Origin: Trichoplax adhaerens
Lineage: Eukaryota; Animalia; Placozoa
DNA length: 64,000 nucleotides
Direction of reading: 5' to 3'
NCBI RefSeq assembly: GCF_000150275.1
Contig: NW_002060947.1
Location: 976,695 to 1,040,694 of the forward strand
The translations under genes were made by a program, and so were the position numbers. Each line of letters opens with the position of its first letter. Position 1 is the first letter of the stretch. This document shows, in pieces, positions 12,835 through 26,176 of the stretch. The notes beneath the pieces were generated by a model. The model was not told the origin of the DNA, made no database searches, and saw only the letters and a program-made list of their open reading frames with translations.

Positions 12835-14310
12835 ATGAACTGGATTCCATCGGCTTCGCAGATAGTACAGCTTATTATAGTTGGTCTAGTTTGGTATTTG
12901 TACAAATCATGGATTAGACCTTATCGTCTGTTGAAGAAGTTAGGCCTGAAAGTTCCATTTCCTAAACCTATTTTTGGTAACTTGTTGGATTGTCATCCTT
13001 CTATACAACATCTTGGTCAGTTAAAAAATCAAGAAAAATACGGTCGTGTTTATGGTAGTCTCTTTTTCTCTATACCTACTATATTGATTGGCGAACCGGA
13101 TCTTTTAAAATCGGTTTGTGTTAAGGATTTTTCCAATTTTTCCGATCGCTATCCTTTAGTCGACGGTATAGAGCCATTTGATAAAACATTACTAGAACTT
13201 AAAGGTACCGATTGGAAACGTGTCAGGAATATCTTATTGCCTACGTTTAGTGCTTCAAAATTAAAGGCGATTATGCCCTTTATTGATAGAGCTGGAGATC
13301 GTCTAGTTGCAACGATACTTAAAGCAGACGAAGAAGGTCAATCTATCGATTTATGGAGAACTTGTGGTAAATTTACTATGGAAGTGATTCTAGCAACTGC
13401 ATTCGGTATAGAATTCGAATCTAAAGAGCAAGAAAAAAAGTTAACTAATGCTGCCAGAGCCCTATTTGATACTTCACCTGGCCCCTTACAATTCTTACTG
13501 ATATTTGCACCGCCCTTATTTCGTGTATTAGAACCGAAATTAGGAGGTCAATTTATGAATTCCACACATTATTTAATGAAAACTTGTAAACAAGTAATCA
13601 AAGAAAGAAGAAGAAACATGGCCGAAGGTATAGCCTGTCGTAGAGATATTTTACAACAGATGTTGGAAGCTGGCGATAGCGACAAGTTAAACGATCAGGA
13701 GGTTGTTTCCCAAGCATTAATATTTCTTGCAGCAGGTTACGAAACTACAGCAAATACACTAGCATTCGCAACCCACTCGTTAGCAACAAATCCTGAGATA
13801 CAACAACGAGTCTTTGACGAAATAAGTGACAAATTGAGCGAGAATGATTCGCTGGATTACGATAGTGTAGGCGATTTACCGTATTTAGAAATGGTAATCG
13901 CTGAAACATTAAGAATGTATCCACCTATTTTTTTAGCCAATCGTTCTATAAAAGAAGATATGGAAATTGATGGTCTTCAAGTCTCAAAAGAGGCTATGAT
14001 TGGCATCCCTGTTTACGCAATTCATCATAATCCTAAAATTTGGCCTGAACCAGAACAATTTAGACCGGAGCGATTTACATCCGAAGAGAAATCGAAACGT
14101 GATCCATGTACCTATCTTCCATTTGGTAATGGGCCACGCAATTGCATCGGAATGAGATTAGCCATGTTAGAAGTTAAATTAGCTATAGTTAAAATTTTAC
14201 AAAAGGTAGAATTAATTGTAACTAAAGAGACAGATGTACCGTTACAATTAAAATGCGGTTCTACCTTGTCTCCAGCTAATGGTGTATACGTAGGCTTTAG
14301 GAAGAGATAG
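12835..14310 (+). CDS. Cytochrome P450, clan 3, intronless (CYP-B)
   Basis: AGYETT, ETLR, PERF and FGNGPRNCIG. The ATG at 12835 (MNWIPS) matches the start of its paralog at 36785. Confidence 0.95.
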   Translation: MNWIPSASQIVQLIIVGLVWYLYKSWIRPYRLLKKLGLKVPFPKPIFGNLLDCHPSIQHLGQLKNQEKYGRVYGSLFFSIPTILIGEPDLLKSVCVKDFSNFSDRYPLVDGIEPFDKTLLELKGTDWKRVRNILLPTFSASKLKAIMPFIDRAGDRLVATILKADEEGQSIDLWRTCGKFTMEVILATAFGIEFESKEQEKKLTNAARALFDTSPGPLQFLLIFAPPLFRVLEPKLGGQFMNSTHYLMKTCKQVIKERRRNMAEGIACRRDILQQMLEAGDSDKLNDQEVVSQALIFLAAGYETTANTLAFATHSLATNPEIQQRVFDEISDKLSENDSLDYDSVGDLPYLEMVIAETLRMYPPIFLANRSIKEDMEIDGLQVSKEAMIGIPVYAIHHNPKIWPEPEQFRPERFTSEEKSKRDPCTYLPFGNGPRNCIGMRLAMLEVKLAIVKILQKVELIVTKETDVPLQLKCGSTLSPANGVYVGFRKR

Positions 14311-16072
14311 ACGATTAGCATGTTACTAGCTATGAGTCTATACTAGCTACGTATTTCGTCTAAAAAAATTATTACGATCCTACATGTCTTTAGTGATACA
14401 TATCGTTTACGTTAACTTTATCATTCCATCGTTGTCTAATTGAAAGATGTTGTAGCACCTTGAATCAATTAGACATGTAATATCTTGGAGGCTAATTTAT
14501 AAATGGCGTTTAGATTGATTAACCTGTGTTATAACAGTTATCGTATATACCTATTATTATAATTGTGCTCCCTTTTTCATATTTTTAACGTCGTATTTAT
14601 TTACTTAATTACGACGCATGGACTGATATCTATGAATGATAGGCGGATCGAAGGTAGAGTTTATCTCTAAATTAATGCTGAATTGAGTTTCTAAATTATC
14701 AAGTTACGATGACATTGATAATTTATTAATTAATTTACTTCCCTACAAAATAAGCATTTTTCTGAGTAATAATAAGTACATTAAAGAATTACTACAGCTT
14801 GTTCTTGTTACTTATTATTTGTTCTATCATGATATACATCATGGAATAATTTCTACACGAAGCCAATGTCGACTTCTAGTTCTATAAGAAATGATAATGA
14901 TCAAGAATAAATCAAGCTACAGTATTACACTCTGATTTTTTCCTTCGGCTACAGGATTGTTAGACTATTTGAATTTTTCGAATGGGCGGATATGGATGCC
15001 ATTTTCCAGAAGAAAATACAACATAGCCAGCTAGATTTAGCATAGTCAGCGATTATTTACGGCTTGCAAATAAATGCTTACAAGCTTTTTTTTTAATCCT
15101 ATTGCTGCTCACTGTAGAGATTAGTAATAATTGATGCTTGAAAAAATATATAAAGTCACTCAGCGTATGGTCATTTATTTTTATATTTACTGATTCATCA
15201 GTCTCAATCTCTACTTTTAAGGTTGTCGCAATATGATTCTGTAAAGCCGTAACTTATCATTCAGTATTGCATACCTTGTACTCTATGTGGATCAATAATA
15301 ATCAATTTATCAGTCAGAATGAAATATACTAATCAGAGTGAATCGATGATAGGCCAATTATTGTTCAGTTGCGTTATGTCTCTAAATTAGATTTTAGTAA
15401 CTTTAGTGGGATTGCTGTCTAGCTGTTGATGCTGGTCGTTATTAAAATATTGAACTATTGCATGCAGCCTTAATATCTTCGTATTCTATACCAACTTGCT
15501 CAATGAATGCTTACCTTCTCATTGCATCGCGGTAATTATTTTTTTGCTGGCTAGAAAGTAATGAAATGATGCATGCCACTCCATGCAATACTACTTCTGT
15601 TCACCGATAATGTTCATGATGTTATGCGCTACGCCATCGTCGAATTTTACACGGTTTAGCAGCACCGTATAATGTTGCTGTACACGGCCTTAAGCGAAAT
15701 TATCGACGTGGCAGATTGGATCATGAATTGAATTTAGGATTGTTGATATTGGTATCCATTCTTTGCTTATTTTTCCCTACCAACGGACTGTAATTAGCCA
15801 TTGCTCATACTTTATATATTATCATCGAAGCGATCAATTTGTTGGCCAATGTATTATTTTGTTAATTTATCTACATATATTTACATGTCGATGTTTTAGA
15901 ATCACTTTAGACGGTAAGCATTGCGGGCTCTTCAATGGCAAGCTAATCATTGCTTTAATAGCAAGCAAATAGAAAGTCATTGAATAATATTCTCTACGAC
16001 TATCATAAATGGGCAACGTATACTACAGGGTCTACTTAGCCATCATTCGGACTAATCAATATATTCATTATA

Positions 16073-17000
16073 AGAATTAATTAATCAATACAGTACTGTG
16101 TATTGTATCGTAGGATAAAGCGATGGTATCGCCTAGCGAAGCTTTTGCAGTGGATTGTGCAGTATTTCACGATATAAGGAGTGTTCCTAAGTGATGTCAT
16201 GGTTTGATAGCGCATACCAATTTATACTTCATGGTTAATGCTATTCTACTATCATCACTACTCAAATGAGAAGGAATGACAACATTTTAGAATTAACACA
16301 CTGCATCGTAGGATCGACCGATCGTATCGACTCGTAATGCTTTTGCAGTTGATCGTTGATAATTTGATACTACACACTGTTTTGTTTTAGTGAGTGTTCC
16401 TAAGTAAAGTCATAGCATCGTAGCGCATACAAATGTAGAGGACTATTATAATTATTATCACCGTCATAGTCGATATTACTCTACTATCATCGCCGTTCCA
16501 ATGAGGAATGAGAACATTTTAGAATTAATTAATCAATACAGTACTGTGTATTGCATCGTAGGATAAACCGATGGCATCGCTTGGCGAAGCTTTTTGCAGT
16601 GGATTGTGCTGTGTGTTTCATGATATAGGAGTGTTCCTAAGTGATGTCATGTGTTCCTAAGTAATGTCATAGCATCATAGCGCATACAAATGTAGAGGAC
16701 TATTCTAATTATTATTATCGCCGTCGTAGTCGATATTACTCTACTATCATCGCCGTTCCAATGAGGAATGAGAACATTTTAGAAATTAATTAATCAATAC
16801 AGTACTGTGTATTGCATCGTAGGATAAACCGATGGCATCGCCTGGCGAAGCTTTTTGCAGTGGATTGTGCGGTGTGTTTTATGATATAAGGAGTGTTCGT
16901 AAGTGATGTCATGGCTTAATAGCACACACCAATTTATACGTCATAGTCGATACTATTCTACTATCATCACTGCTCCAAATGAGGGATGACATCATTTTGC
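16073..17000. repeat. Four-unit diverged tandem repeat (~215-260 bp units)
   Basis: aattaattaatcaatacagtactgtgtattg..cgtaggataaa recurs at ~16075, 16523 and 16784, with a variant at ~16290. Blocks gtgttcctaagt and ctactatcatc are shared. Confidence 0.85.
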
Positions 17001-17318
17001 AATCGATACTGGTTATGCTTTTATAGTTTGTTACGTTGCAGTCTTTTATCTACAAGTGATGTCATGCCTTCACAGGTCATACCACTAGGGTGGACGTGTG
17101 GACGTCCACGTCAACATTCTCTTTGTTGGCTGGTGTCCATACGATACACGGATGTGAAGACGGCTTTGTATTGGTTTTACTGCCCCCCCTCGCCCTGATC
17201 GAGACACTAATGTAACGATTGCTTTGTATGGGTTGTAGTGCCACACCCTGATCGATACCAGCGACATCGTTGACGTTGGCCGACGGTTGACGCCGACGCA
17301 TAGAAGACTATTTGCAGA

Positions 17319-20300
17319 ATGGCGCACATCGACGATGGAGCCCGAAGCTCTTTCAAAATATTTGCTAACATTTTCATCTCATTCATTGGTTCTGGAATCC
17401 TTGCCTTGCCATATGCTTTTAAAGAAGTCAGTTTACTGATAAACTAGGATAAAATTGGGTTCAAGTGAAATAAACAGTAGAATATACAATCAACTCCACT
17501 CGGGGTTGCTAAACGAGCAGTCATCGATTGCCACTATCTGGCTGGTCGTTGTTGCAGATTATGGACGACTTTAGACGATCATCATCATCGTTCAAGGCTA
17601 ACTTTACCTATTCCAAGCTTACTCTTTGTATCAATCGATTCATCACTATCATGACGATGTAGGTCTACAATCGATTTTCATGCAATGCAATCCGGCATCA
17701 ATGTTGATACCACCATGGCCAGCAATGGACATCATCTTCACTCTCGACGTGCAGCCCATATAATCACACTATAAATCATTTTGTCATGGCGACGCAATCC
17801 ATAAATTGACAGTTGCATCACAACCACCAAATCTTTGCTCGATGATAGCAATATCGCACTGTACTGTAGTATTCCACATGGTATGGCAGGTTTCTTTGCT
17901 TGCACACGGTAGCTTACAGCACTCAAGCGTTGAATGGTAATCTTAGCAGGCTATCAGGCGATGAAGAACTTGGATGATGATGATGATAATGTTGTACTGT
18001 ACTCTAAACTACCCCTAAACTCTCCAGTCCATGCGAATATATCGACAGTAGAGACAAGTCTGCAGTAGATGAAGAATTCTATTTGATCTGTTGTTTCCAC
18101 TTACACTGGAGTTCTATCGTCAAACCTGTTTGACTCTAAAACTAAGCTGCTATGAATTCAGTCGTCCAGATTATTCAATTAATTATTTTTCATTTACTTT
18201 TAATCTAATCAACAAATTTATACATTAGTAATTACATAATACAAACAGGGATATTATTCATTTCCGCCTTTCCCAAGTAACCATCGATCATTAACTTGAC
18301 TAGAATAGTATATTCATGGAGAAGAGATTTTTTAATTGCAATTTTACCATTCAACATCAATCATTGTTTTGTTCATTCTAGGCTGGTGTCATCGAAGGCA
18401 GTTTAATTCTATGTATTGTTGGTTTATTAAGGTAAGATCGCATTTTTCCTTTCTAAAGTAGACCAATTTTGCAGCCTGGTTTGGGCTACAACCCAATACC
18501 AGTATATGCAAGAAACGAATTGACTATGCTGACTCATTAAGAAATTATCTTGTCCATTGGATCTCACAGTATCAAGGCGATGCTTTTGCTAATCGATTGT
18601 AAAGATGAAATTAGTACTTCCAGAAGATGGACACGAACCGTTAATAATAATAATCTTAATGAAGAAGACTCTGCATTTAAAGCCAAACCAGTAGAAGTTA
18701 GCTATGGCGATTTAGGTTAATGCAAGATAAAATGTCACATTAAAAATAAATGCTGGGATACATTTCTTCTATTTGTATGCTTTACTAATGAGTTTACAGT
18801 ACGTTGGACCAAGTAGAATTCTATTCTTTGCTAGTCTCTACCATTCGAGTACATATCCAAACTTTCTATCGCTAAGACGTCATTATCTTCAATGGTTGTT
18901 TTCCTTTAAAAAAATTTTCTAGGATTTTATGCACTCGGCTATTCTGGACGGATATTAGTTGAAACTGCGATAATCATTTCACAAACTGGTAAAGGAATAT
19001 TAATTTTTAATAACAAAGCAGTACTGTCTCATGATTGCAAAACATAGAGTTAAAGAAAGCATTTCTTTCCATTTTGTACTAATTGTATTATAATTACGTA
19101 TAAATGATTCTCCCGGTATATTACCTAATGCCGCAAAATCATAAATTGTTGAATAATTATAGACAATTCATTTCGTTCTATTTTGTAACAATAAATGGCT
19201 CTCCTGGTGATAATTTACACCACATGCAGCAAAATCATAAATCGGTCTACCATAGAATGAAAGTTATAATCGATATTCGTGAACCCTGACATGTTTTCCA
19301 ACAATTTTAAATCATTTGATATGATTCTTGTTGTGGATAGGATTTGGATGTGCGTATTTAATTTTTATCACCGAGAATTTAAAAACCATGGTGGCCGATT
19401 ATCGAATGTAAGTTGGCTACCTTTTACAATCTTACATTGCATAATGTATTGTAGTCTTTGACTTGCTATCATACTGGTGTAACTTTGCCAACTTGTTTAA
19501 ATTTAATTCAACTTCATTGTAGTTGGCATGTCATAATTTTATATTTACACAGTATTTCGCGCACACGACCGTAGTTGAGAAGCTATAACCACATCTTGCT
19601 CTATTACTTGACAATGTAACATCTGTTGACATTTTATTCAATATTGGCAGGTTATATTATTTAATCATTCTACTACCTCCATTATTTCTGTTGGTTTGTT
19701 TGAAAAGTTTAAAAAGCCTTGCTGTATTCAGGTTGGTTAGCGCAAAGTAGTCAATTGTAATAGATGACTAGAATGCAAAGACATTGAACTTATAATGAAT
19801 AATTCTGTCTATTCTGTCTACTTTGATAGCCTCTTTGCTGATTTTGCCAATGTTTTAGCCTACGGAGTAGTATTTTGGTTCGACTTTGCTCATTTTGGCT
19901 CCATTGAGTATGATTTTTACCAGTCATTTTTATGCCATAAACGAAATGGAAGCTAATATGTTTTACTTCTTTAATTCTATTCCATCTTGGCACAGAATTC
20001 ATCCCAGGGTTATGTCTCTTGATGGATTAGCTTTCTTTCTTGGAATTTCAATATACTGTTATGAGGTTGATATGTCAGCTTTTATTTTTACCTACTTAGA
20101 CTGAATCGTAATAGATATCGTATGCAGTATTATGATATAAGCAATTTTTCAACTGCAAATAGGGTGCCGGGATGATTTTAGAGCTGCATGCCTCTGTTGC
20201 GGCCGATAGCAAAGATAAATTTAAAAAGTAATTATATTTGCCTTATATGTAAACATGCGCTTGTATTTGCTCGACTTTAAAAGCTGCGCCTATAATTAAG

Positions 20301-21402
20301 TGATTTGTCATCCGGTTTCTATTTCTGTAGTCTATTCAAGATTTCATTAGTTCTAATTACGGTGTTATATATCGCCTTTGGAATGTGTGGCTACTTGGTG
20401 AGTTTTGTCAATTTTTCATTCACAATATTTTTCGCTCTGAGTAAATATAAGAGCATGTATTATTAAGCAATTTTCGCTAGTCTAATAACTCGTTTGTTTT
20501 ATATTTCAGTCCTTTGGACCTGCTACAAACAATATTATAACGTTAAATCTACCACCTGGTATATTTTCTATACAAAAATGCTTATCTTATTTTATGTCCA
20601 ATTACTCTTAATGTTCTAATTACTATAGGTGTGATGCCCTTAACCGTCAAAATATGCCTGTGCTTCGCTCTATTTTTCACTTACCCAAGTAAGAAGTGTA
20701 ATATTTGCCAATGGCGTAGTTACTTTGTACTAACGGTCCAAATTTAAATATTTTCCTTAGTGATGATGTTTCCTGTTATCCACATCTTGGAAGAAAAATT
20801 CCTAATCCGTAATAATTCTACTAGCGCTGGGGTAATGAAAGCGTGCAGTGATAATATAAATTATCAGTAATATCTACATTTGAAAGTATAAAGGAAAATT
20901 AGTGCTAACATTTTTTTTTGCGTGGATGTCAATTTCCCTACGTGCAGCTTCTACTTCGCGCCGGAACGGTATTGCTGACTGGAGTAATTGTCCTTGCTAT
21001 TCCAAATTTTTCCACGTTGATGGCACTAGTTGGGTCATGCTGTTGTACATTGCTAGCATTTATTTTGCCTGGATGGTTTCACCTTTGTATATTTCGTGGG
21101 TAAGGAGTACTATATTACTGCAAGGTTGTCCTAATTCTGAGATTATTACTCTTTAAATCCGATTTACAAAACAATAACTTGTTTCATTAGTGAATTGACT
21201 AAAACTCAGGAGGTATTAGACTATGGGCTAATCGTGATTGGATTCATTGGGTAAGTTTAGATTCATTTGAGATGATGCATATAAATGCCACTTATCCTAT
21301 TTGTCAAGCTAATAAGTTATGGAAATACTTTTATACTTATTTCACAGAACGATTATAGGTACGAAGGACGCTTTGGGAAGACTGATGACGTCGGCACACT
21401 AG
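17319..21402 (+). CDS. Aa_trans-family amino-acid transporter (AVT3/ANT1/SLC36-like), ~15 exons
   Basis: Spliced: MAHIDDGARSSFKIFANIFISFIGSGILALPYAFKE|AG...SYGDLG...SQTGFGCAYLIFI...FFLGISIYCYEGAGMIL...FTYP.MMFPV...IPNFSTLMALVGS...RLMTSAH* (TAG at 21400-21402). Confidence 0.9.
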
Positions 21403-22178
21403 ACGTTGGAATCACTAAACATACCGCAATATTTATGATTCTCTTTCTCCGATTGCAAAGTTTTGCAATGTGAAGAATATTATCATTTTCAATCAAATTG
21501 CTACAGCAGTACTAATTTGTTGTATCTTTAACAATAGTGCATAAGAATTTCGAAAAATTTACGACACACAATTGTGTATATTCTCATTAGTCGGTAAGGT
21601 GCTTAACGTTGTAGTTAGTTCATAACTATGTAAATGGTTATTGCTAACCCGTTATCCCTGCGTATTAAATTGCGTTAGTCTTTGTCATTCATAGCAATTG
21701 ACTACATGACAAAGTGTATAAAAAATTGTATAATATCTTTTCTAATTCGAAACTAAGCATAGTTTCTATGTACGTATTTACCCCGTACTAATACTAGACA
21801 AAAAGATTGCATTGTTAATAATGTATGATTCAGCCTGGCATAACTAGCAGTTAACTGCAATATGATATAATATAAGAGGTTGTCATATCCCTCAACATGT
21901 TTAATAATTTGTCATTTCTTAAAATATCATTAATTTTAATGAACCATTAACTTACTTTATATGTAATGTATTATATTGGATGATCAGATGTTATTAGTTT
22001 GCGAAATTTAAACTAGTAAAATTCGAATAAGAAATGGACAAAAATTGGGAATTTTTTATTTTCCTTCTCTATTTACAAGATTTGTGCTATATTGGTTTGC
22101 AGGCCTAATAACCGTTAAACTATCAGTGAATATTAAAATTACACGGAGATTCTTCATTTGCCGTACTACAAGGATTTT

Positions 22179-24755
22179 TTAGTTAAATAAATGCTTTCTC
22201 GCTGCATTCAGGACTTTCTTTTCAAATGCTGGCATTTCAATTGGTGTTCCAATGTCATAGAAAGGATTCATTAGGACCTTCAATAAAAATGAGAGTAGTG
22301 CAATGGATTCATTCTTAATGACAGGTCTACGACAAATGGTAATACTATCTGTTAAATGAGCACATTATCGTAAACCGTCAGCAAAGCGACGGGAGTTTGC
22401 ACTAGTAATTATAATATTTATCTACATGCAAAACTGCGATCTGAGTACTACTGTCCATCAGTAGCAGTAAACTAATGCAGCTAATGAATGTAGTACCAAG
22501 TATACGCATATAGCTAATATCAACTTGGTGTAACAACTCAACTAAACGGATACTTTCATACCTTTACAAAGAGTTCGTAAACTTCACCAAAAAAATTCTT
22601 GATGCCATCCTCGTTTTTAGCGTCATGTAAAACAATAAATCTAGCACCTAAAAATGTGTTAAGGTAATTGCTCAAACCAGACAATCATTCCATTTACGGT
22701 CCAAAAAAACTGTTCTTAAAACTTTATGCTACAATACTGTATGTTCTAAAATGCTCTAAAGCTATTTCCTTCTTTGGCATTTATGAATACAAAATCTTTT
22801 AACAAGTATGAAACAGGCCAAGTGCTTGCAAATTGAACCACTATGATAGCAATATCTTGGCATGATACTCAAAATTGGCCTACAGCAGTATAAGCATGAG
22901 ATTAGAGTTCTTCTAAGAATGTCATGAAATTATCCATTTCTTATTAGATTAACAGTAGGTCGTCAAAGCAAGGTTACATAAGTACGGCAATTATATGCTT
23001 AGCTATAACTGAAATGACTTCGCCAGTTGACTAAGACGCGGTAAAGAGATAGTATTAAAGCCGTTATCCGAGACTATCGTAATGCTAGTTTATAAAATCA
23101 AACAATTTCTATGCTTAGTTTAAAAGGATATCACCAGCGGTAACCAAGGCAGAAACTAGCCATTCATTGAACTTATCTATAACCTTTAAATACCTAAATG
23201 GATAGATGCAATTACATTACTTCAATTTCATTCTCCATAGGAGGAATTTATACCTCCGTTAATAATATTATAATCAATTTATGTGATAATATGTGTGTTA
23301 TCGATAGATACTGTAGAGATGATTGTCAGCAAAATGATCAATATTATCAATCCAGGAAAAAGTATCAAGTGTCTTAACTCTACAGCATTATTTAAGGTGA
23401 ATGCCGTCATCTGTTAGATGCAACATCAGCAACTATCGAATTTATAACATAATCTAAGTAGACTGATATGGCATTATTGAATTACTAGAGGCTATACAGT
23501 ATCATCATCTATTGATGCATTTGAAGAGCTTGTAACCAAATTAATGCGAGTACAACATTAATTAATTATCGAATAGTGGAAGGCCATCATTTAATAGTAG
23601 AAAAGTAACTGGAGAACTGGTAGCGCAATTAATATATAACAATATTGAATGGAGATTACATCGTCATGTACTAGTAGATACGTAACTGTATACGGGTAGC
23701 TTATCATCTTAACGACCCTTGATTAGAAGAATCAATTAAAACTCTGTTACAGGTTAATCGATTCATCATATGACTGTAGCAGACTATTAAGACAATCTAG
23801 GATGGATATTAATTTCCTATGCCTACTCAAATAGCAATAACTTTTACTTACATGGAATTAGTATTCCACATCACCTCATCGACGATATCCAGTGACGAAT
23901 GGACTATAAACTGATTTAAATGCTTATGATCTTCTCTCTTTTAGCCGTGATGAAAAAAGGACAAAGTTTCATCATAAGATACATTGCTAAAATTGTTTAT
24001 AGGTGCATTATGAAAAGAAAAATAAAATGGTTGTGCACTTAATAAGAACAAAGTACTAATAATAGCTCTATGCACTGATCCTATTTTCGGTTTACAAACT
24101 GACTCTACGTATACAAGTAGACGATAGATCCAATCAATGTTGATTATAAAACTTGCATCTAAAAAATGAATGCTTTCACGATACCACTTGTGATCACGTA
24201 GGAGACAGACTTGTCTTGCTTTCATGTAAAATTGTAGATTGCTACTACTGTTGTATCCATATACTACCAGAGGATGTAGTACTCTACTGTACATTAAAAC
24301 TAGTAGCTAGCAATATCCGTGCTATTGCTTTAAGATGGATATCGACTGAAAATAAAGTTTTTACAGACTCTCTATTCAATCCATCTACCATTTCAACTAG
24401 GGTTCATTTTAAAAATATCATTTCATGGTGTATATTGATTGACAGTATGGCTACTTTCGAAAATCTCTATCAAGAGAAGACACTTGTACAACGTTTAAAA
24501 AAGCCATTCTAAGCGTACGAATCGATTGAATCGTTGAAAAATAAATTTGGGGATAGGATTTGCTTCCATTTTATTAACCGAGGTCTAACGATAGACGATT
24601 GCCATCTCCTCTCTGCAAGGCTTGCAACTTACTTTATTAGCATTCTGCTCTCGTGATCCACCAATAACATCGCCACCTTTAGTAGCCGACAATTCAATCT
24701 CAAAGAGTGGATTGTCATGGCGTCCAACAATTGCCAAGTAATACTGATTGGTCAT
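22179..24755 (-). CDS. TRAPPC2: Trafficking protein particle complex subunit 2 (sedlin); exons 24755-24633, ~23937-23852, ~23193-23132, 22647-22562, ~22277-22179
   Basis: [82 protein letters not shown] matches the sedlin/Trs20 signature. Confidence 0.95.
22648..23131 (-). other. U12-type (minor spliceosome) intron with AT-AG termini in TRAPPC2
   Basis: Donor ATATCCTTTT (23131-23122), branch site TTACCTTAAC (22667-22658), and AG acceptor 10 nt downstream. The reading frame is preserved. Confidence 0.8.
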
Positions 24756-25261
24756 AGTCTGCAAGATTTTCCTTAATGCTAAGCTGTCGAATGAAGGAAG
24801 GATGAAAGACTACAAGAAGCTCAAGAGCATCCAGTAAATGGATTAATTGCAATCGATGTCCAATTCTGCCTCTTCCAATATGCTCCTAGGTTGTCTTTTA
24901 ACTACGAGTCGATCGCATACGGATCGATTACATTTTAGGTCTGTCACGGGTAGTACACTAAGTCAAGCTATGGATAATCTTGCACCAACAACTTCCCCTA
25001 AAACGCTCTCTCCTCCTCTTATACTGTACGCTATATGGTGTTGTATTTAGGGACAAATCCCTATACAAAGACACTACAGTATTGGAAAGTCCGGCATACC
25101 AGTCGGAGGACTAGCAAGGATTTTTGAAATCTTGCATGCAGGTTTGACTTCTTCTCCATGCACATTAATGCTCCAATCTTGCAAAATGGGAAAGATTGTC
25201 ATGATAATACTCTAATTTAAGCGATATACAGTACAAGCAATGTGGAATAGCTTCAGATTTG

Positions 25262-26176
25262 AATGGATTTCCTTTATTCATGCTACTGGAATGCAATAGA
25301 CAAGTAAGCAATGTCTGATAGCTTCCCCTTCCAATAGGTTGATTCCCTTTGCTAACCATGATGGCAATCAAGCAGGCCTACAAGAAAGGCTTGATAGATT
25401 GGCTGCTTGAGATTGAAATAGATTGCCTCTTTTAACTTAGGATGATCTCATTGACACACAAGAAATGACTGATACTGTCGCTTTCAATGGATTCCCTTTA
25501 TTCATGATACTGGAATGCAATAGACAAGTAAGCAATGTCTGATAGCTTCCCCTTCCAATAGGTTGATTCCCTTTGCTAACCATGATGGCAATCAAGCAGG
25601 CCTACAAGAAAGGCTTGATAGATTGGCTGCTTGAGATTGAAATAGATTGCCTCTTTTAACTTAGGATGATCTCATTGACACACAAGAAATGACTGATACT
25701 GTCGCTTTCAATGGATTCCCTTTATTCATGATACTGGAATGCAATAGACAAGTAAGCAATGTCTGATAGCTTCCCGTTGCAATGGGTTGATTCCCTTTGC
25801 TAACCATGATGGCAATCAAGCAGGCCTACAAGAAAGGCTTGATAGATTGGCTGCTTGAGATTGAAATAGATTGCTTCTTTTAACTTAGGATGATCTAATT
25901 GACACACAAGAAATGACTAATGCTGTCGCTTTCAATGGATTCCCTTTATTCATGATACTGGAATGCAATAGACAAGTAAGCAATGTCTGATAGCTTCCCG
26001 TTGCAATGGGTTGATTCCCTTTGCTAACCATGATGGCAATCAAGCAGGCCTACAAGAAAGGCTTGATAGATTGACTGCTTGAGATTTAGATAGATTGCTT
26101 CTTTTAACTTAGGATGATCTCATTGGCACTCAAGAAATGACTAATGCTGTCGCTTTCAATGGATTCCCTTTATTCA
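25262..26176. repeat. 224-bp tandem repeat, 4 copies plus a partial
   Basis: aatggatt.cctttattca recurs at 25262, 25486, 25710, 25934 and 26158 (exact 224-bp period). Confidence 0.95.

Noticed and set aside
23941-24512. ORFs of 117-119 aa inside TRAPPC2 intron 1
   Set aside because: Intronic, with no recognisable motifs and non-ATG or weak starts.
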